In this document: one piece after another, positions 17,824 to 27,222 of the stretch | Numbering within the stretch: the first letter of the stretch is position 1 | Layout: every line of letters starts with the position of its first letter | DNA from: Candidatus Eutrophosalina marina | Lineage (GTDB): Bacteria; Bacteroidota; Bacteroidia; Flavobacteriales; Flavobacteriaceae | NCBI GenBank assembly: GCA_038147175.1 | Contig: JAYQTD010000002.1 | Location: 814,570-878,569, forward strand | Direction of reading: 5' to 3' | DNA length: 64,000 nt | Notes under the pieces: model-generated | Seen by the model: only the letters and a program-made list of their open reading frames with translations | The model's database searches: none | What the model was told of the DNA's origin: nothing | Position numbers and translations under genes: made by a program

Positions 17824-19488
17824 ATGGATAACAAATATTATGATTTTCCATTTTACAAATGGGAAAAAGAAAAAGCTAATGACCCTTTTTTAAGACAGCC
17901 ATTTGGTGATAATTGGGAAGAATATACTTGGGGTGAAGTTGGAGTAATGGCTAGAAAAATGGCAACTGCAATTAGTAGTTATAACCTGCCACCTAAATCT
18001 AATATTGGACTCATTTCAAAAAACTGTAGAGAATGGATAATTGCTGATTTAGCTATAATGATGGCTGGTCACATTTCAGTTCCTTTTTTTCCTACACTTC
18101 AATCTTTTGAACTTGAAAAGTTAATTGATTTTGGAGAAGTTAAATTATTGTTTGCAGGAAAGTTAGAAAATTGGGATGAACAATCTAAAGGTGTTAAAAA
18201 TATTCCAGTTATTTCTTTCCCTCATTATGAAAATCATTCGGTTATAAATAATTCTGATAAATGGGAAGATCTTTTAAAAAATAATGAACCTCAAAAAGAA
18301 GACTACTATCCTGAGCTTGATGATATTTGGACAATTGTATTTACCTCAGGAACAACTGGAGATCCAAAAGGTGTTGTTTTAGATTACAGAACTATTTATT
18401 TAACAAAAATCATTGTTGAAAGCGATGTTAATCCATTGGGGATGGACAGAAATGGTAATAATAGTTTTTTCTCATATTTACCTTTAAATCACATTTTTGA
18501 AAGAGTTGTCCTTGAATTTCAATGTATGAGGTATGGTGGTACAATGTCATTTGTTGAATCACTTGAATCTTTTCCAAAAAATTTAGCCGATGTACAACCT
18601 ACAACGTTTGCTGGTGTTCCTAGAATTTACAATAAATTCAAAGACAAGATTTTAGAAAAAATGCCACAAAAAAGATTAAACTTTCTTTTAAGTATTCCAA
18701 TAATATCATCCTTGATTAAGAAAAAAATAAGAAAATCGCTGGGCTGGTCAAATGCAAATGCAATTGTGAGTGGTGCTGCTTTTCTTCCTCAAGAACTCAT
18801 TGAATGGTATGGTAAACTAGGAATTAATATTCTTAATGGTTATGGAATGACAGAAAATTGTTGTGTTTGTTCTTACCTAGATACTTCAACAGGTGAAGGT
18901 AAAGGTTCCGTTGGAAAACCATGGGATCAAGTTGAAATTAAAATTGGAGAAAATGGTGAGATTCTCAATAAGAGTCCATATTTACTGAAAGAGTATTATA
19001 AAAACCCAGATTATACTAATGAAGTTTTAGTTGATGGATGGTTTAATACAGGAGACAAAGGGCATTTAGATGATAAAGGATATTTACATATAACTGGAAG
19101 AGTAAAAGATATTTTTAAAACATCAAAAGGAAAATACATAGAACCTCATCTAATTGAAGAAAAGTTTGAGAAATCGAATCTTTTTCAACAGCTATGTATT
19201 GTTGGGCTTGGTTTAGTTCAGCCTATTTTACTTGCTGTGCCAAATGAACAAGCATTAAATGATAAAGAAAAAACAGAGGAAAGTTTGAAAAAAATCCTTT
19301 TGGATTTCAATTCAACTGCCGATGGATACAAAAAGGTAAAGAAAATCATTCTTCTTTCTGAAGACTGGACACCTGAAAATGGTTTAACAACGCCAACTTT
19401 AAAGATTAAAAGAGCAAAGATTGACGAAGCTTTTTCATCCAAATATCAAAACTGGTATAATGCCTCTGAGGAAGTTCTCTGGGAGTAA
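17824..19488 (+). CDS. AMP-dependent acyl-CoA synthetase (long-chain fatty-acid-CoA ligase-like)
   Basis: 554-aa ORF with the AMP-binding signature FTSGTTGDPKGV, plus GYGMTE and TGDKGHLDDKGYLHITGRVKD motifs. Confidence 0.85.
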   Translation: MDNKYYDFPFYKWEKEKANDPFLRQPFGDNWEEYTWGEVGVMARKMATAISSYNLPPKSNIGLISKNCREWIIADLAIMMAGHISVPFFPTLQSFELEKLIDFGEVKLLFAGKLENWDEQSKGVKNIPVISFPHYENHSVINNSDKWEDLLKNNEPQKEDYYPELDDIWTIVFTSGTTGDPKGVVLDYRTIYLTKIIVESDVNPLGMDRNGNNSFFSYLPLNHIFERVVLEFQCMRYGGTMSFVESLESFPKNLADVQPTTFAGVPRIYNKFKDKILEKMPQKRLNFLLSIPIISSLIKKKIRKSLGWSNANAIVSGAAFLPQELIEWYGKLGINILNGYGMTENCCVCSYLDTSTGEGKGSVGKPWDQVEIKIGENGEILNKSPYLLKEYYKNPDYTNEVLVDGWFNTGDKGHLDDKGYLHITGRVKDIFKTSKGKYIEPHLIEEKFEKSNLFQQLCIVGLGLVQPILLAVPNEQALNDKEKTEESLKKILLDFNSTADGYKKVKKIILLSEDWTPENGLTTPTLKIKRAKIDEAFSSKYQNWYNASEEVLWE

Positions 19489-19549
19489 AATTTCATAGAA
19501 TTTAAATTTCTCATAAAATATTGTTAAATTCACACAAATTAAATCAACT

Positions 19550-22079
19550 ATGAAAAATTTTAATTATCTGTTTTTTGCATTATTGATGTTATTTTCATTT
19601 AACATTAATGCACAACAAAACGATGATGAAGTTACTGCTGCATCAAGAACAGCTGAAAAGCTTAACCGTGCAAGTAACTCAACAACAGTAATTTCTGACC
19701 AAGAAATTAACAACAAAAAAACTTTTAATGTTTTAGGACTTCTTGATAACACTGTTGGTGTTAACATTTCAAGACAAGGAGTTAATAGTTTTAATCTCCA
19801 TTTAAGAGAAGGTGTTGATATTTTTTCAACTCAAACCTTATTTCTTTCTGATGGAAGAGAATTAAACAACTTCGGTCTTAAGTTTTTTGATGCTGCAGCT
19901 TCTACATTATCTGGACTTGATATAGCTAGAGTTGAAGTTGTAAGAGGATCATCTGGAGCTGTTTATGGATTAAATGCAACTTCTGGTGTTGTTAGCGTAA
20001 CAACTAAAAATCCTTTTGATTATCCAGGAACTACAGTGGCTATTTCTAGCGGTGGTATTAATAAAAATGGAAATGCATCAATCTTATCTGGAAGTGAATC
20101 AGATGTTCAGTCAAACTGGAATTTATTTTCTGCTAACCTAAGACATGCTGACCACAACGAAGACAAAACATTTGGATATAAAATCAATTTAAGCTATTCT
20201 GAAAATACAGACTGGTTAGTTGGTGATCAAACATCTCAAGTATTAGGAGGAGAAATACCATTAATGTCTTCATTTAACTTTGATACATCTCTTTACTATA
20301 ACTACGAAGATTATGATTTAACAATATCTTTTGGAACCAATGAAACTGAAAATATTCAAAGAAGACAATTTTGGGGTGAAGAAAAAAGAGATATGCATAG
20401 TACTTTCTTTAATGCTAAGTTAGACTCTGGAGACTTTTTTGCTCAATTTACAGTAACTTCTAATGAGGCACCAAATAAAGTTGGTGGTGGTAATTATAAT
20501 TATTGGTTAGGTCAAGATCATACTATTGAAAGTAGACAATCTCATGCTCAGATTGGATATGATTTTACATTACCTAATTTAGGTACAGATATTACATTAA
20601 CTGCAGATCATAGATTAACTAAATTTGACTCTGAAGGTAGAGTTTTTGGTTCATATGAAGATGAAGATGATTTTAGAACTTATGGATTTTCTCTTCAATC
20701 ATCCACAGCATTAACTGACAATATTGATTTGTTATTCCAAGGTAGAGTTGATCATTTCTCAGTAATTAATCAAAATGCATTTTCTCCTAAGGGTGTTATC
20801 TTTATCGATGATAATTCTGGAGGAACATTAAGATTAAGTATGGGACAATCTCATGCGACTGATAATGCTTACACATTGTTTACTGATTTTCCTGCTTTTC
20901 AATGGGCTGGTGGTACAATGGGACCTTATGGAAACAAAAATGCTTTAACTTTTAATAATCCAACTTGGAAACCATGGGCACCGTTTGAAGGTTTTGTAAA
21001 TCTACATCCAAATCCATACAAATATATTTGGTATAGATCACTTTCATGTAATGAATTATTTGATAAATCAGGTTTGTTACTGCTATTTTTAATCAAGCAT
21101 TTTCAACTGGTAATATGTCTTTTATTGCCTTGCCTTTTCCAAAATACAATTATGGTTGCTTGGTGGTGGTTTATATACTGATGCATTTTTATTACACACA
21201 TGATGGAAATGGAAACCAGAATGGATATAATGGAAATGATTCTTCTAAATTATCTACTGAAACTACTTACGAGTTAGGATACAGTAATACGATTGGTAAA
21301 TTTTCTTTTGCTGTTGATATTTACAACATAAGAAAAACTAACATGGTTACAATGAGACAAGTAACTCCACATGTGGCTTTAAATCCTGGTTTAGCTAGTG
21401 AGTTTGTATTCTAACAATGGCTAATCTTGTTTACGGAACATATGTCAATGCAGGTTTTCCTGCTGCCACTGCTGCAGCTCTTGCTAATGTCCATGGATCT
21501 ATTGGAGGTCAATTTGCTGCTGGGTTTGCTGCATCAATCCCATCATTTGGTTTAGTTCAAGCTGATCAATCAAATGGTATGTCAAGAATTTTCTGGGGTG
21601 CTATGAACTTTGGTGAAATTAATTATTGGGGAAGTGATATAGCTACATCCTATGAAATTAATGATTCCGCTTCACTTTTTGCTAATTATTCATTTATAAA
21701 TCAAACAGAATTTACAAAAGAAGATGTTTCTGGAGGAGATGAAACTTCACCTGCAGTTTATCATTTAAATATTCCTAAGCACAGAGTTAAAGCAGGTTTT
21801 GCTTACAACCCTGAAAAAGGAATGAACTTTGGTGTATCATTCAGATATCAGAACTCAATGAACGTTAATACTTTAAATACAAATGACTCTAGTCTATTTT
21901 ATTTTGAAGGATTTGTTCCTAAAAGAACTGTATGGGATATGAATGTTGGTTTACCTCTAAGTTCAAAAACTAGATTAGACTTAACAGTTGATAATGTTTT
22001 AGGTAAAAAATATCAAACAATGGTTAATATGCCAATGGTTGGTCAACAAGCATTATTTACTCTTACACATAATTTCTAA
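19550..22079 (+). pseudogene. TonB-dependent outer-membrane receptor, multiply frame-disrupted
   Basis: Three consecutive ORFs (543, 99 and 220 aa) together span about 843 codons. They contain a signal peptide, a plug domain (VEVVRGSSGAVYGLNATSGVVSVTTKNP), barrel strands and the terminal aromatic THNF. The tail of ORF1 (SCNELFDKSGLLLLFLIKHF...) reads as out-of-frame sequence. There is another shift at about 21397-21417. Confidence 0.8.
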
Positions 22080-22101
22080 AAAGAAATTATATCAATACAA
22101 G

Positions 22102-22134
22102 AAAAGCAACTCATATATGGGTTGCTTTTTTTTT
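22102..22134 (+). terminator. Rho-independent terminator
   Basis: AAAGCAAC-(loop)-GTTGCTTTTTTTTT hairpin 23 nt after the receptor stop. Confidence 0.65.
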
Positions 22135-22164
22135 GTAATTTAACAAAGTAAAACAATAACTATT

Positions 22165-22692
22165 ATGAAAAATTACTTATTACTATTATTAATTGCAGTA
22201 TTTACTTTTTCTTGTGAAACTGCTGCGCCTGAGTGTGATGATAATCCAGCTGCAGGTTATTTAGCAACTGCGGATGGTAAGACAGATGCTAGAGATGCTG
22301 ATCCAGCAAACTTAGATATCATAGATAAATATTTAGACGCGCATAACGCTGCTGATGTTGAAGCTATTTTTGAGATGGAAGCAGATTCAACAAAACAATT
22401 TGGACAATTCTTTGTTTACGGACCAAGAGGTGAGTTCTTACAAAGCAGAGAAACTCATAAAGAGTTTTTAGAAGGTTGGTTTGATTCAAATAATCCTCAA
22501 TGGAATACTTTCTTTTCATATACTATGAAAGTTGATGGTCAAGTAGGAGAGTGGGTAATAACAGGTCATACTTTAACTCAAAATGTTGAGGGAGAGGAAG
22601 TAACTACATATGATGTAGCTGATTTCTATATTGAAGATGGTAAAGTTGGTGGTTTCTGGGTTTATTCTAGAGCATCTACGCCAGCTGAATAA
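22165..22692 (+). CDS. Lipoprotein with a SnoaL/NTF2-like domain
   Basis: 175-aa ORF with a lipobox FTFSC. It has an acidic SnoaL-like core (IIDKYLDAHNAADVEAIFEM...DFYIEDGKVGGFWVY). It looks more GC-rich than its neighbours by eye. Confidence 0.55.
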   Translation: MKNYLLLLLIAVFTFSCETAAPECDDNPAAGYLATADGKTDARDADPANLDIIDKYLDAHNAADVEAIFEMEADSTKQFGQFFVYGPRGEFLQSRETHKEFLEGWFDSNNPQWNTFFSYTMKVDGQVGEWVITGHTLTQNVEGEEVTTYDVADFYIEDGKVGGFWVYSRASTPAE

Positions 22693-22718
22693 TTAAATAA
22701 ATTTTACTAATTATCAAT

Positions 22719-22750
22719 AAAAGAGGAGTTTGTACTCCTCTTTTTTTTTT
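22719..22750 (+). terminator. Rho-independent terminator
   Basis: AAGAGGAGT-TTGT-ACTCCTCTT hairpin followed by a run of about 10 T. Confidence 0.8.
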
Positions 22751-22763
22751 GTACTTTTTGATC

Positions 22764-22904
22764 ATGAATAGACAAAGTACTTTAGATGAATTTATCAATC
22801 ATCTTGAAAAGAGAGTAGAGGAGGAAGATTTTAGAAATTCAGTTGAAAAAATCACTTTTTTAACTACACTACACGTAATTAAAAAAAATATTGGGGAGAA
22901 ATGA
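22764..22904 (+). CDS. Small 46-aa ORF (hypothetical), start-stop coupled to the GH18 gene
   Basis: It is not in the supplied track because it is shorter than 60 aa. It reads ATG...MNRQSTLDEFINHLEKRVEEEDFRNSVEKITFLTTLHVIKKNIGEK. Its TGA overlaps the ATG at 22901 (ATGA). There is no other support. Confidence 0.2.
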   Translation: MNRQSTLDEFINHLEKRVEEEDFRNSVEKITFLTTLHVIKKNIGEK

Positions 22905-23974
22905 AAAAATTAATTCTTCTATTCATGTGTTTTTTGATTTCATGTCAAAGCGAAAGAGATAATGAACAACAAATAATTGCTTATTATGCTGGAGATGAAA
23001 AATCTATTGATGAATTTGATTTAACAGGTGTTGACCAAATTATTTATAGTTTTCTTCACTTAAAAGGTAATAAACTAGCTATAGATAATGAAACTGATAG
23101 CTTAACTCTAATTAATGTTGTAAATCAAAAAAATAAGTATCCTAATCTTAAAGTACTAGTTTCTTTAGGCGGATGGGGAGGATGTGAAACATGTAGTGAT
23201 GTTTTTAGTTCAAAAGATGCTAGAGAAGAGTTCGCTAAATCAACAGCAGATATTATTGAATTTTATAATGCTGATGGAATTGATTTGGATTGGGAATATC
23301 CAGGAATATCAGGTTATCCAGGACATAAATGGAAACCAGAAGACAAAGAAAATTTTACTGATTTAGTTATTCTTCTTAGAAAGTATATGAAGGAAGGCGA
23401 CATATTAAGTTTTGCCGCTGGTGCATCGACCAGGTTCTTTGAAAATTCTGTAGAATGGGATAAAGTAATGCCATTGGTTGATAATGTTAACTTGATGACA
23501 TATGATTTCTATGGTAGTGGTTCTAAACAAACTGGACACCATACTGCACTAGGTTCGATTGATTTTGAGGGAAGATCTGCATTTAATTCTATTGAAGAGC
23601 TTATTTCATATGGTGTAAAACCTGAGCAGATTTTTATTGGTGGAGCTTTCTATATCAAAACTTTTAAAAATATTGATAATAAATCAAACGGCTTAGGTCA
23701 AAATGCTGAATGGAATAGAAGTTATAATCAAATTAACTTTGAAGAAGTAAAAGAAAACTTTTCTTTTTACTGGGATGATAAAGCTAATGCACCCTATGCA
23801 TATGATTCAGTCAATAAAGTTTTTGCAACTTTTGATGATCATAAATCTATTAAGCTTAAGTCTGAATATGCTATTAAAAACAAACTTGGAGGAATAATGT
23901 TTTGGCAGCTTATGAATGATAAGAAAAAGGATGGATTATTATCAACTATGGTTAAAGCTGTTAAAGGAAATTAA
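22901..23974 (+). CDS. Glycoside hydrolase family 18 (chitinase / endo-beta-N-acetylglucosaminidase-like) lipoprotein
   Basis: 357-aa ORF with a lipobox FLISC and the GH18 catalytic motif DGIDLDWEYP. SLGGWGG and MTYDFYG blocks are also present. Confidence 0.85.
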   Translation: MKKLILLFMCFLISCQSERDNEQQIIAYYAGDEKSIDEFDLTGVDQIIYSFLHLKGNKLAIDNETDSLTLINVVNQKNKYPNLKVLVSLGGWGGCETCSDVFSSKDAREEFAKSTADIIEFYNADGIDLDWEYPGISGYPGHKWKPEDKENFTDLVILLRKYMKEGDILSFAAGASTRFFENSVEWDKVMPLVDNVNLMTYDFYGSGSKQTGHHTALGSIDFEGRSAFNSIEELISYGVKPEQIFIGGAFYIKTFKNIDNKSNGLGQNAEWNRSYNQINFEEVKENFSFYWDDKANAPYAYDSVNKVFATFDDHKSIKLKSEYAIKNKLGGIMFWQLMNDKKKDGLLSTMVKAVKGN

Positions 23975-25134
23975 ATTTCCATTTTCCAAAAAGCTATACC
24001 ACCTGCTTGTTTTCCAATCTCTACATTATCAATTAATGTCTGACTTTTAATATCTATTACATCCACAATTCCTGGTTCACCACCAATACCTTCCACAGAG
24101 ATAAAAGCATATTTACTGTCAGGTGAAATTGCAATTCCATGTGATACAGATGTTGAGTTTTTAACTTCACTTAATAATTTTCCTGAATCTAAATCCCAAA
24201 TCCCTGTACTTCCGATTGATTTTAGAGTGGCAATCATGTATTTACCATCTGGAGATATTTCTACGTTGTAGGGACCTTTCCCTGTTTTAATTCTTTTTGA
24301 GACCTTCCAAGAATCAGAATCAACTTCAATAATTTCATCACTTCCGTTTCCTGCTATATAAATTACATTTTTGTTAGGGTGGGGTATTACCCAAGTAGGT
24401 TTAACATTTGAATGTTTCATTTCTGAATGATCCATTTTTGAATCATTCATTTTTGAATGCTCCATTTTTGATTTTGAATGATCCATCTTTGAATGATCCA
24501 TTTTCGAATCATTCATTTTTGAATGATCCATCTTTGAATGATCCATTTTCGAATGATCTTCAAGATCTAAGATCCTTGATACTTCTAATGAAAGGGCATC
24601 AATTTCAAATAACTCACCAGACATCATAGCTACTGAATATTGTTTAAGTCCATCACTTGTTATTCTTGACCCATGAGGCATACTTCCGGTTTTAATTCTT
24701 GTTATTTCAGTCATGGTTTCAGGATCTACAACAGAAACTGAAGATGGTTTCATATCACCATGTAAATTGAAATTCACACAGTATAAAAATCCAGTAACAG
24801 TTGAAATTTGCATTGATGCAGGAAATAAACCAAGAGTAGTTTCATCAACTACTTCATTAGTTTCAGTTGAATATTTAATTAGTTTACCAAATGGATTTCC
24901 ATGTGCAAGGGTTAAATACCAATATTTTCCATTAGGATCTACTGTAAGTCCATGTGGTCCTTCATTTTCAGTAGGATAACTACCTACAACTATTCTTTCT
25001 GTTTCACTAAGATTATTTCCATCAAACTTTAGTAATGATACTGTATCATCTGATTCTGCAGCAACGTACAAATAGTAATCTTGAGAATAGGTTATATTAA
25101 AAGATATAATTAGTATTATTAATATTCTAAACAT
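23971..25134 (-). CDS. Secreted YVTN-type beta-propeller protein with an inserted Met/His-rich DHSKM repeat loop
   Basis: 387-aa ORF with a signal peptide. It has recurring blade motifs (GPHGLTVDPNGKYWY, MPHGSRITSDGLKQY, GPYNVEISPDGKYMI, VSHGIAISPDSKYAF). Residues 193-242 form the DHSKM tandem repeat. Confidence 0.7.
   Translation of the reverse strand: MFRILIILIISFNITYSQDYYLYVAAESDDTVSLLKFDGNNLSETERIVVGSYPTENEGPHGLTVDPNGKYWYLTLAHGNPFGKLIKYSTETNEVVDETTLGLFPASMQISTVTGFLYCVNFNLHGDMKPSSVSVVDPETMTEITRIKTGSMPHGSRITSDGLKQYSVAMMSGELFEIDALSLEVSRILDLEDHSKMDHSKMDHSKMNDSKMDHSKMDHSKSKMEHSKMNDSKMDHSEMKHSNVKPTWVIPHPNKNVIYIAGNGSDEIIEVDSDSWKVSKRIKTGKGPYNVEISPDGKYMIATLKSIGSTGIWDLDSGKLLSEVKNSTSVSHGIAISPDSKYAFISVEGIGGEPGIVDVIDIKSQTLIDNVEIGKQAGGIAFWKMEI
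24409..24558 (-). repeat. In-frame 15-nt tandem repeat (about 9.5 units) encoding (D/N/E)(H/D)S(K/E)M
   Basis: The plus strand reads YTTYGAATSATYCAT units back to back. 24481-24510 and 24526-24555 are 29/30 identical, which is a 45-nt higher-order duplication. One unit carries a 6-nt insertion (SK). Confidence 0.9.
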
Positions 25135-25135
25135 T

Positions 25136-27172
25136 TTAATTGTCTAAATGTTGATTTGTTTTACTGTTATCAGGCTTTCCTCCTGAAACTTTTGCTGCTC
25201 CTAAACCAGTATTGAAATCAGAATAGAATACATGCCCTTTATATAGTTGAGCACCCCAAACCATAGTGTCATTAGGAATATATCCATCCTCACTTCCCGT
25301 CAATAAATATCCTATTTCTCTTCCTTGCTTGTATAGGTCTCCAATTAGATCTCCACTAATATCAACTATTCGCAAACCACCAGTGTACATTGCAACATAT
25401 AATATGTCATCTTCAATCCAATAATTGTGCGATCCGTGTCCAGGAAGCTCATATCTTGCAACTTCCTTCGGATTATTCAAATCAGAAAAATCAACAAAAT
25501 GAATAAATCCAGCAGTTTCATTTGTGCCGTTTGGATTTACACCATTTGGAAAGATTTCATCACCCAGAACTGTATAAAATTTTCCTGTTGATTTACTTTT
25601 AAATGGAAAAGTTGCATGATGAGCACCACTAGCATAACTGTAATTTCCAAAAGCTATTGGATTTGATGGTGAACCTCCTACAATTCCATTTCCTACATCA
25701 ACTAAATATACTCCATCTCTCCAATTTGATGAATATGCGATTCCGTCCTCAATCCACACATCATGAATTGATTGTCCTTCCTTGCCTAACTCAAACATAC
25801 CTACTTCTTTAGGATTAGATGGATCATCAATATTTACAACATAATATCTTTCACCATTACTAAGTGCATAAACATGATTATTATCAATGAAAACATTATG
25901 AACACCACCTGTAAGATTTTTGGTATACTCACTAAGTATTTTTACATCCCTTGGATTTGAAACATCAATAATGATCATTCCATTTTTTCTGTTAGATGCA
26001 CCCTCTCTAGTTATTACACATATTTTACCGTCTTGCGATACCTTAACATCGTTAACTGTTCTTGCATCAACTTGAACACTATCTATTTTTTTTAAGTCAC
26101 TAGGATCTGAAACATCCCAGAAATATGCAGTTCCATCTGCCCCCCAAGTACCTGTAACACCATAATCTCCACCATCAACACCTTCAAAAATCCAGAAATC
26201 AGAAGTATGCTTATCCCCAACAAGTCCAGTCCCAACAGAATTTACTTCTCTTTGAACTTCTCTTGGAAATACGTTTGCAACCTTTGAAGTTGAAATATTA
26301 CCAACTTTAGCAGAAATAATATATTTTCCAGGAACATCACCTACAAATCTTCCATCATTAAGAATTAAACCTGAAGCTGTATTACTTTTATCTGATGACT
26401 TTCCTGTAAAAGAGTAGTCTACTTTTATTCCTTCAATCACATTGCCTTTTTTGTCATATGCAATTGTATTATAGTTTATTACATCACCAGATCTTACATT
26501 ATTTTCACTTGATTTTAAAACTAATCTTGATACTGGATTTTTTTTGACTTTAATATCAATTTCACCCTTAACTCCATCGAACAATGCTATTATTGAAGAA
26601 CTCCCTTCTTCTGTAGCTAGAATGTTATTGGATTCATCAATTTCAATTTTATTATTACTAGATGTTAATGACATATCAACTTCAGAAAAATATTTAGCAG
26701 CAACATCTGTTGTCCAAAAATCAATCACTCTTTTTGTATCTAGTTCATCCGTTATTTCATAAACGAGAGGAATGTAATTACCAACATAAATATTTTCATC
26801 ATTTAATGATAATTTTACTTCTTTGATTTTTGGATAATTTACACTTACATAAAATGTCTTACTTAATCTTTTTCCCTCCGAGTCAATACATATAGCAACA
26901 ACTTCATGAGTACCCGGTTCATTTGCCATGAGTGTTCCTTCAGATCTATCAAATGTTATAGATTTGGCTGAGCTAAAAACTCCTTTTTTATTATAATAAT
27001 AAAGCCTGTCACATTCAGCTTCACTGCCATCTGAATTTACAACCTTGGAATTAGGCTTAAATACTTCACCTATATTAAGGGTTAAATCTTCAAGATCAGA
27101 AATAATAGTTTTTTCTTGTGAGTATGTGTAGCTTATCATTAGCATGCACATTATTAGTTGTAATAATTTCAT
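25136..27172 (-). CDS. Secreted protein: Ig-like (Big_2-like) domains + LVIVD-repeat beta-propeller
   Basis: 678-aa ORF with a signal peptide. The N-terminal third is beta-sandwich-like repeats. The C-terminal part has LVIVD-type repeats (MIIIDVSNPRDVK, YYVVNIDDPSNPKEV, VYLVDVGNG, IHFVDFSDLNNPKEV, LRIVDISGD). It lies 1 nt upstream of the propeller gene. Confidence 0.7.
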   Translation of the reverse strand: MKLLQLIMCMLMISYTYSQEKTIISDLEDLTLNIGEVFKPNSKVVNSDGSEAECDRLYYYNKKGVFSSAKSITFDRSEGTLMANEPGTHEVVAICIDSEGKRLSKTFYVSVNYPKIKEVKLSLNDENIYVGNYIPLVYEITDELDTKRVIDFWTTDVAAKYFSEVDMSLTSSNNKIEIDESNNILATEEGSSSIIALFDGVKGEIDIKVKKNPVSRLVLKSSENNVRSGDVINYNTIAYDKKGNVIEGIKVDYSFTGKSSDKSNTASGLILNDGRFVGDVPGKYIISAKVGNISTSKVANVFPREVQREVNSVGTGLVGDKHTSDFWIFEGVDGGDYGVTGTWGADGTAYFWDVSDPSDLKKIDSVQVDARTVNDVKVSQDGKICVITREGASNRKNGMIIIDVSNPRDVKILSEYTKNLTGGVHNVFIDNNHVYALSNGERYYVVNIDDPSNPKEVGMFELGKEGQSIHDVWIEDGIAYSSNWRDGVYLVDVGNGIVGGSPSNPIAFGNYSYASGAHHATFPFKSKSTGKFYTVLGDEIFPNGVNPNGTNETAGFIHFVDFSDLNNPKEVARYELPGHGSHNYWIEDDILYVAMYTGGLRIVDISGDLIGDLYKQGREIGYLLTGSEDGYIPNDTMVWGAQLYKGHVFYSDFNTGLGAAKVSGGKPDNSKTNQHLDN

Positions 27173-27177
27173 GTTTT

Positions 27178-27185
27178 TAGTTTTG
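27178..27185 (+). promoter_or_regulatory. Candidate -7 promoter box (TAnnTTTG)
   Basis: TAGTTTTG lies 37 nt upstream of the ATG at 27223, in a divergent intergenic region. Confidence 0.3.
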
Positions 27186-27222
27186 AATTAAAATGGATAC
27201 CTTAAGATAAATAATAATTATT

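Noticed and set aside
21115-22079. The 99-aa and 220-aa ORFs as independent genes
   Set aside because: Both read as TonB-dependent receptor barrel strands that continue the upstream 543-aa ORF. The last one ends with the canonical aromatic C-terminus. I treated them as fragments of one disrupted gene.
24409-24558. Short regularly spaced repeats as a possible CRISPR array
   Set aside because: The units are contiguous 15-mers with no spacers. They lie in frame inside a long ORF and encode a coherent peptide repeat. No cas genes are present.
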